Below, in pieces: positions 49,411 to 56,944 of a DNA stretch of 56,944 nucleotides. The stretch is from contig NMRA01000834.1 of NCBI GenBank assembly GCA_002633005.1, positions 71,436-128,379 on the forward strand, given 5' to 3'. The stretch's first letter is position 1. Each line of letters starts with the position of its first letter. The stretch comes from Phoronis australis (taxonomy: Eukaryota > Animalia > Phoronida). The translations under genes and the position numbers were made by a program. A model generated the notes under the pieces. That model had not been told where the DNA came from and did not search any database. It saw only the letters and a list, made by a program, of their open reading frames with translations.

Positions 49411-50459
49411 TAATCACTTATTAGAAAATCCCACATCTAGAAAATAATGCAATGTTTAACAATTTTATTCCTTATCTTATTTGAAAGTTGCCTACCTCAC
49501 AGACAAATCATCTAAGTTGAAAATATTCCTTGTGAAAAAATATATAATACCAACCAGAGACTTGTGTAATACAAAATATGATTTCGTAATACAACGCAAA
49601 GTTAACTGTACCGTCAAAAGTGCAAATGTTACGACTCTAATAAAAAATTGCCTTCTAGATCTTTTACACATTCCAATTGCTACAGGACAGAGTCAACCAC
49701 ACAAATCCCATAAAGTCAGGGAATTACATTGATGGTGATATAGTCTCACTGCGAAAAAGTGATTTCGCAATGTCGCCGACAACACAGGAAATTTCTTTTT
49801 CCAACTTGAGGTACCTCTATGTACCACATCAATGTTTTTATCAAAAATAACCAACACAAAATGAAAAATTGGCTTGTCAGTTCCAATTAGACAGCATTTT
49901 TTAAAATGAAATGGTCATGAAAAAATATTTTTGCAACATGGTTTGCAGTACAATTGCCGCACGATTACAGTTGTACATACATACTAGACCAGTAACAAAA
50001 TTACCCATGGGAACCATAAAATGGTCAATTTGCCAAAAAACAAGGGCCCACCAGAGCTAATGTGCCAATACTTTTCAGTACTGCAACAAAAAAATCATTT
50101 GAAATGGACATAAACTAGCCTAAAATCACATAAAACAACTTTTGATTTCGACATTTTACCATTTTTTATATCTATTACGAAATCCTCGATACAATGAATA
50201 TACATAACCCAGATAGCACCAACAGGCATTATATGTGGGTTAAAAAGTACAAAGAAATCTATATACAATTATTTTACACAAATACATAAAAAGAAATCTG
50301 TATACAATTATTTTACACAGATACATAAATTAAAAAAAACTGTTGTTAAGATTACAATGACATATGATTACGAAAGTAAATAAATCATTTTCATACACAT
50401 TTATACAATTCTATCCACTAACACAAAGAGATTCAATATTATAAAGAAATTTTGATACT

Positions 50460-52375
50460 ATTTCGAATAAAACTTTATTTCCATTTGGGTTGAGTTCTTG
50501 ACTTCCATATAGAAAAAAATAATTTTGTTGTACACATGCGGAATTTCAGAATATTTTTCATAAATATTGGGGTATTATTCGAGTGTCTGGAAAAGCTGTA
50601 CCCTTTGCTCCTTGCATACATCACAAGCAAAGAAAACATGACCATTTGTCTGTGCGTCTCCACAACAACACAGAGGCGAAACATTATTGAAATTATGTCT
50701 AAATTTCTCATTGTTTAGGAATAGACCGCATCTTGATCTGTTTAGGATTATTTCGTGGTTGCGAGGAAGTTGGAACGATGTCAATGGGAGTGGCAACTCT
50801 CGAGTAGTAGTATGCATTTTAAAGTTATTTTTAGAGTGACGATTGAAGTGCTCTCCCTTATTTTGGATGGTAAGGAATTCCAGTTGTCAATACAAGTTAA
50901 TATGATAGATTTCCTAAAGGCTTGACTGAAGGAAGATAGGAAAGTGTGCATATTACTTTGCCGCAGTCCTGGTCTCGTGTTAGGTCTTCTGTAGGAGTCA
51001 AAGAGTATTTTGTTTGAGCAATTGTTTATGTTGGTTAAGACTTTGAATGTATACATGGACAAGTGGAGTTTACAACGGGTTGCTAGTTTGCTCCAGTTGA
51101 GACTGTTTAGAGCCTTGATTGTGTTGGATCCTTTGTATGCTCCTATTATGACTAAAGCTGCTTGGTATTGTAGTCTTTCTAATTGAAGAAGTATGCCAGC
51201 GTTTGCCGATTGGTAGATTATGTCACAGTAATCAAGATGTGGGAGAACAAAATACTTGGACAGAGTATCAAGATGCATGGAGTTGAGATGACGAGCGACA
51301 ATTTTTGTACTTTGTGAACGAGTGAGGAGTAAATATAAGGTTGTTGTCTAGTAGCATTCCAAGGTGTTTGTGTGTGAACTTGTTAGAAATTACTTCCCCA
51401 TTGAGTGATAATTCCAGCATTGGATTTGTTTGGAATTGAGTATTATTAGACTTAGAAGATCAACACTTTTTTCAGGTTTAAATTTCATCTTCCATTTGCA
51501 AGACCAGTCATTGAGTTTGTTTAGGTAAGTTTGCAGTTGTAAGGAGTCATGGGGATTCTCTTTTTAGAATGGGTAGAAAATTGCAGTGTCATCAGCATAT
51601 AAGAATGTTTACTGTGTCTGGAAGATCATTGATGTACAATAAAAAGAGTAAGGGGTCTAGTACGCTAACCTGTGGTACTCCAGCATTTACGAAACCTGGC
51701 GTTGATGAGCGTGATAAGACACCCTCTATTCGGACTTTGTAAGTTCGACATTCCAGATATGATTTTAAAAGTGAGAAGAGAGTTCCGGAAAAGCCGCAAG
51801 ATTGTAATTTATATAGAAGCAAATCATGGCGAACGACATCGAAAACTGACGCAATTTCTAAGAATACGGATCTCACATTGTATCCTTGCTCAAGCTGGAG
51901 GTGGATTTCGTGTACAATTTCTGTAAGTTGGGACACAGTGCTGTTAGCAGGCATGAATCTGAATTGGCGACGATATATGAGGTTTTGTGAAGAGAGGTGG
52001 TCAAACATGAGGTGAGAAATTAATATCTTTTCGTAAAGTTTGGATAGAGTGTTAAGTAGAGTTATGGGGCGATAGTAGGCAATGTCTGTTTTGGAGTTCT
52101 TTTTGTGTATTGGTATCATAACACCAAGTTTTCAGTTCAAAGGAAATTTTCCAGATTGTAGTATTTTGTTATATAATATTTTCAAAGGAGCTGTAAGCTC
52201 TCTTGCTATTATCTTAATAGATTTATTGGTTATTTTATTGGTACTGCCGTTTTTGATTTTGTCAATATTTTCTAGTAGTTTTCGGACTTCAGATGGTTGG
52301 GCCAGAGAGGTGTTCTAATGTTCTGTTTGGGAATTTGGGAAAGCTTGTTGTTTTTTTTAATTGCAGGCGGTCTGA
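50460..52375 (-). mobile_element. 5'-truncated CR1-type LINE (RT plus C-terminal Cys motif)
   Basis: IPIHKK..YRPITLLNTLSKLYEKIL..VFLEIASVFDVV.HDLLLYKL..GVPQVSVLDPLLFLLYINDLP..YADD; LPHLDYCDIIY; SPLCCCGDAQTNGHVFFAC. Confidence 0.9.
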
Positions 52376-52469
52376 TACACGTTGTACCAGACGTGCGCAG
52401 GCCTCGTATGTGGGCCCATTGCACTAATCACCTGGAAATATTTTTATGCTTTATTAATATATGGTTAAA

Positions 52470-52570
52470 ACCGAGCTGAGGAGCTAGAAACCTGGCTCAA
52501 GGGTTTAGCAGTTTGACCTGAAGGGACTCGAACCTATGGAACGCCTCTAGCGTCACCTTCTGACGGGTCT
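52470..52570 (-). other. tRNA-derived/SINE-like fragment
   Basis: B-box GGTTCGAGTCCC on minus (52523-34). No clear A box or cloverleaf. Confidence 0.3.
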
Positions 52571-53120
52571 TTTCTGACACGTTACGAGTCATCGAAGCGC
52601 GTCAGAATTGACTCGAAATGTACTTCCCAAATGTGTCAAGTTACCGCCCCATCACTGTGGACCAATAAGACGTTGTCATTTGTTCAGCTATGACGTATGC
52701 TTCGATGTCAGTCAGTTTGCGCCCCAACTGACCCGATATTTGACTAGCCTAAAAGGTCATTAGCCATCCCACTTTGCATTTGACGAATAAGGGACAAGTT
52801 AACATTCACACTCGTATCAATTAAATGAATCATAATCCATCTCTGTGGAGTGTAGCGCCCAGCTTCAGTATAAAGGTGGCTTCTGCGTTAGAATAGCATG
52901 CAACGGCAAATTGTTATAAGTATAAACGAGGCAATGCTGTGAGTGACGAGGAGTGGATGACCGTGACCTTGGAGTCACGGTGATTTTCAGAGTGCTGTGC
53001 CAACAATTGTAGGTTTTATTCGCTTGATCACTGAAGATGTACCAGTAGGTATTACAGCTCTTGCTCAGTGGAGATGCTGTCGTGTAGATTGTGAGGTTGT
53101 GTTTTTATACGAGGCAGTAC

Positions 53121-53269
53121 CAATGGCGAATTTAAGGGCGGGGGGTAAGGGGGCCATGCTCTCCCCTAATATTCTCCCAGATTCCATTTGGTAGTACGGG
53201 GGTGCAAATGTCTGACGAGCTAATACTCTGCCCTGGCTCCCCTAACTCAAAATTCTGGATGTGTCCCTG
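53121..53269. mobile_element. Degenerate GC-rich MITE, 5-bp TSD AGTAC/AGTGC
   Basis: CAATGGCGAATTTAAGGG...CTGGATGTGTCCCTG. Confidence 0.55.
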
Positions 53270-53629
53270 AGTGCTGACCATTTTTATAATATATTTTTAC
53301 GTCAAATGCGCAGTGAAGACAGGGTATGCTAAAAGTTGTTTTTTTGTGAGAAAGTGGTGGCCTGTTATTGTTTGTTCTTTGAAGTACTAAAAACTAAAAC
53401 GCCGTAAAATGCATTAAATGGGCCAGTGAAAAAAGTCTTTTAATAAATTTTATTGACCACAGCATCATTTTAAGGCGTTTGACCGTGTTTTTTTCCGTTT
53501 TTTACCTTACGTCGGTAATGACCTTCATACAGGGAAATGAATGTTTCTTGCAGTTGTTAGCCAAGTACGAGTAGGGATTTGCGAGAACACTTAAACATGT
53601 CGTGCGTTTGAACTTAAAGCATTAAGTAG

Positions 53630-53921
53630 CATAGGCGGATTTAGGGGGGTCGCCCCCACCTTGGCTGCCGCACGCAAAATGAAACAGCAACAGCGTGAAC
53701 TGTGAGGAAATATAGAGTTCAGCAGCTAGGACCGGTAGCGGATGAGGGGGGCTCACATACCAGAGGAATCGTGTCCACCGACAGATTTTCTGAAGGGAAC
53801 GTCCACATCCCGGCCCCCGCAACTTTCGGGCCTCTGTGCACATACATGTACAATCGCGCTTTGCTCAGTTCCGCAAGGCAACATGTTGGTTACCCCTTAT
53901 GGTATCCTAGATCCGCCACTG
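53630..53921. mobile_element. 292-bp GC-rich MITE with 5-bp TSD (AGTAG)
   Basis: AGTAG|CATAGGCGGATTTAGG...CCTAGATCCGCCACTG|AGTAG. Confidence 0.85.
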
Positions 53922-54739
53922 AGTAGAGATGCCTTTAATAAAGGGACAATGTCTCTCTAATTGAGAAGCCATACGGTGTCCAGAGGCATGACATTTGAAT
54001 TATAGGATTACCATAACAATACTTCTGTTTATTTTCAAGATATGTTTGAAGGGCTGTATAACAGAATATATGAAATTGCTTAGTTATACAACTAGATTTG
54101 CCTAGGAATAGCAGTTTCACCTTCAACAGCGGTGGTAATATCAGGTGTCCCAAAAGCATTCAGCTGATATAGGAGCTATGGGATGTACCAATAAAAATTG
54201 GCGCAAAGTAATTTTATGTTATTTCCATTGAGAACATGAATTATGTAAGAAAAGCTGTAAAAATTCTTTAATACCCTGACACATCCTTGGGGATGATTGA
54301 TAATGAGGATGTTTTCTGTTTTTCATCGTAGGTTTGGCCTAGTAAATAAAATACATCCAATCAACATGTTGTCAGACATTTTGCCCAGGCTTCTAATTGA
54401 AGCTTTATCATAGTCACAGGTCTTTGAACAGCAATTCAGCCATGACCACAAATATCAAGGCTTTAAAATCACATTTAAAGCCAGTCGAGAGCAGAATCCC
54501 ACAAATTACAACGTCAAACATATACAGGAAGGAATTGACAGAACAAACTAACAACTTAATGAATCCTTCCCACCCAATGCAGAAACTCTAGTATAACAGA
54601 TTACAAGTTACTAGCTTGTGAAAGACCATTTCAACTGGTAAATTAACATGAGCACCTTGCCTATGAATATGAACGTGTAATAGAATTTACAAATCGCAGT
54701 GTTTTCTGATACACTTGTAAGCTGTGAGTTTCTCTAATG

Positions 54740-55350
54740 TATACTGAAGATACAAGTTCGTCAGGCCAAGATAGGTTGTTACTTGAGAGAGGACATGGAG
54801 AACATTCTGGACCTATTCTTGGGTATGTAGATCAGCATTTGTAGACATGTTTCTCGAACAGCTCAAGTACAGCAGTGAGATTGCTGTACGGCAGTGCCAC
54901 CACTTGCAGAACAAACAGCCTGTATGATGACTTGCCCTTCTCTGTTCACAAACCATGGTGGTTGCATTGACCTTAAAAGGCTTTCAATGATTGATTAATT
55001 TTGAGTAAAAACACATAGTGCAAGCACCAAAAGGACAGCTGATCATCTGAATCCAAAACACGTTTCTCCTCTAAAAAATGAAACATCTCGTGGTACACAT
55101 TGATAAAACCAAGCCACATATCTCGCCACAGTCTTTGTATCTGATTGTGCACACTTTTTTCTTGAATGGCACTCCCTCTGTCCTGACCACGGAACATTTC
55201 CATGAATGCACCATGGTCATATCTAACTCGCGAGGGTACACCTTACTTCATTACCGCTTTTTGAAAGCAATCAATGACAGTTGTAGAACAGTTGTTAAAT
55301 GATGCTTTCCCATACATCAGGAACCGAGGGTCACTGTCTATTCCAGTATC
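54740..55350 (-). pseudogene. IS3EU-like integrase-core DDE transposase remnant
   Basis: GIDSDPRFLMY..NNCSTTVIDCFQKAV..GVPSRVRYDHG..MFRGQDRGSAIQEKSVHNQIQRLWRDM..FLEEKRVLD..CLHYVFLLKINQSL. Confidence 0.7.
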
Positions 55351-55429
55351 TAAAACAAAAGATGTACTTATAGTGTATATAAGACAGGAAAAATATAGCC
55401 ATGTTTCTGAACAGTTAGTATTTAAGTAC

Positions 55430-56944
55430 TAGTCCACGAGAGCACCAGCCATGAGCGGCAAGGTGGGGGTCAGCCGATTTTCACCAAATTTGGCACATAG
55501 GTAGTCCTATGGGATCTATAAACAGCGGTAAAATATTTCCTCAAAATATTGCGTTTTTCTAAAGTTATAGGCTCAAACACATTTTACGGCTTCGCAGCCA
55601 TGTTTTCACGGTATAAAAACTGTCCAGTTTTAACTGTTCATATTTTTCCTTGAATGAAAGCTATTGATTTATTATTCACTGACATTGTTTATTGGTGCCT
55701 GTAGATTGTTACACAGATGTCTTGAAACACGATTCCGATTTACCACCCTCATTTAGTAGTTTTACTACACTGCCCCCCGTTATGCCATTTTGAGGTTGTG
55801 TTCAGTACACTGCTGTACCAAATCTGCCCCCACTGCTATGAGAATGAAACTTAGCCAAAATGTTGACAAAACATATTACTTTCATTTCATAAAATAAAAA
55901 CTTTGTCAGCCAGTTTATTAGTTATATATTTTGGCACCTCAAATGTACTAAAATGAGAAATTTTCATACATCTGAGACCGATGCGTAAGCACCGTAAAAT
56001 CCGATTGTCCTGCATGTTTTTCGATATTTTGCAACAAGTTAGTTCCTCCTGAATGTTTTGAACGTTTTACTACTGATCACTTAGGGCTATAGTACCCCTA
56101 AATACCATACATGGCTCCATTTTGTAAAAAGCCGATTATGTCTTCCACAGTGAACAGCGTTAGACATGAACTCGACAAATGTAGGTTATTTTGATTTACA
56201 GTTGTTTTACTTTGCAATTTCCTCATGGGTATTTCTTCACACATATTCAAGTCAGATTTTCTGTTGATCAAATGTTCATGCAATGCATTGTAATATCAAA
56301 TGAAGGATAAGTTTGGTTGCATGACCGCAATTTTTCCCACGACTTAAAACAAAAGACCGCAGAAATTTTCCTGACGAAATACCGGGTTTGCAGTTCTGTA
56401 AAAACATTCGAATGACAGGACAAACTCCACCACTGTCCATGGCAACTCGTTGCATGTTTTTCGCCCATCGGTCCTATCATTGTTTTCCTTTGTTGTGTCA
56501 TTGTTGGATGTAACAACACAGGTCGCATGGATATTGAACCTTTCGTACATCAGACCGTTGCCGATAAGTGCTCGTCATTATATCTTTATTATAACAACGG
56601 AAACAATGAAGATGCTAATCTATTGTTTTCTATGCGACCAGGTTTCCCGTGGATGACCACAGATTAGAGGAATCCCAAAGTATCCACAAACAATGACCAC
56701 GCACCTTAGTAACTATTACCGCGCACACGAATCCTTTCCGTGGAACCTAAACACCGAATTTTTATATCCCTGTATTGTGTTGTATTGCTCATGGTACGGA
56801 TTCAGACTCTGTTGTATTAAGATTCCAATCCTCAACCCTGTAATATGTAGTTTGAGTAAAATTTCTGGACAATGCAGGTTTATGGATTTATTCTCATTCA
56901 AATGAAGAGTAAAAATCAAATTCTGCACAGGTTTTTTAAAAGTA
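55430..56944 (+). mobile_element. Left end of an Academ-like DNA transposon (runs off window)
   Basis: Begins TAGTCCACGAG followed by CCGATTTTCACCAAATTTGGC-type TIR sequence. Lies just beyond the IS3EU-like remnant. Other end not visible. Confidence 0.4.

Overview
AT-rich, intron-containing eukaryotic DNA, most likely from an invertebrate animal (species not determinable from sequence). One host gene is supported: a + strand IRF1/2-like interferon regulatory factor. Two exons (14499-14745, 15288-15470) encode a clear tryptophan-repeat DNA-binding domain. Four further phase-compatible exons inferred by eye (35054-35176, 35473-35507, 38464-38608, 41450-41586) give an open 289-aa model. A putative immune-response promoter (NF-kB, ISRE, GAS, CCAAT motifs) lies at ~8.8-9.4 kb. 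Almost everything else is decayed transposable element: Kolobok (THAP), Penelope with a hammerhead-like motif, Mag-type Gypsy, a heat-shock-element solo LTR, BEL/Pao, Ingi/I-type, Tx1 and CR1 LINEs, a SAP-YqaJ gene, an IS3EU-like transposase, tandem Helentron-type elements, an Academ-like end, and GC-rich MITEs with 5-bp TSDs. One IRF intron has been expanded from ~0.55 kb to ~19.6 kb by a nest at least six layers deep. Most ORFs in the supplied track are spurious or TE fragments. All family calls are from manual motif recognition; no searches were run.
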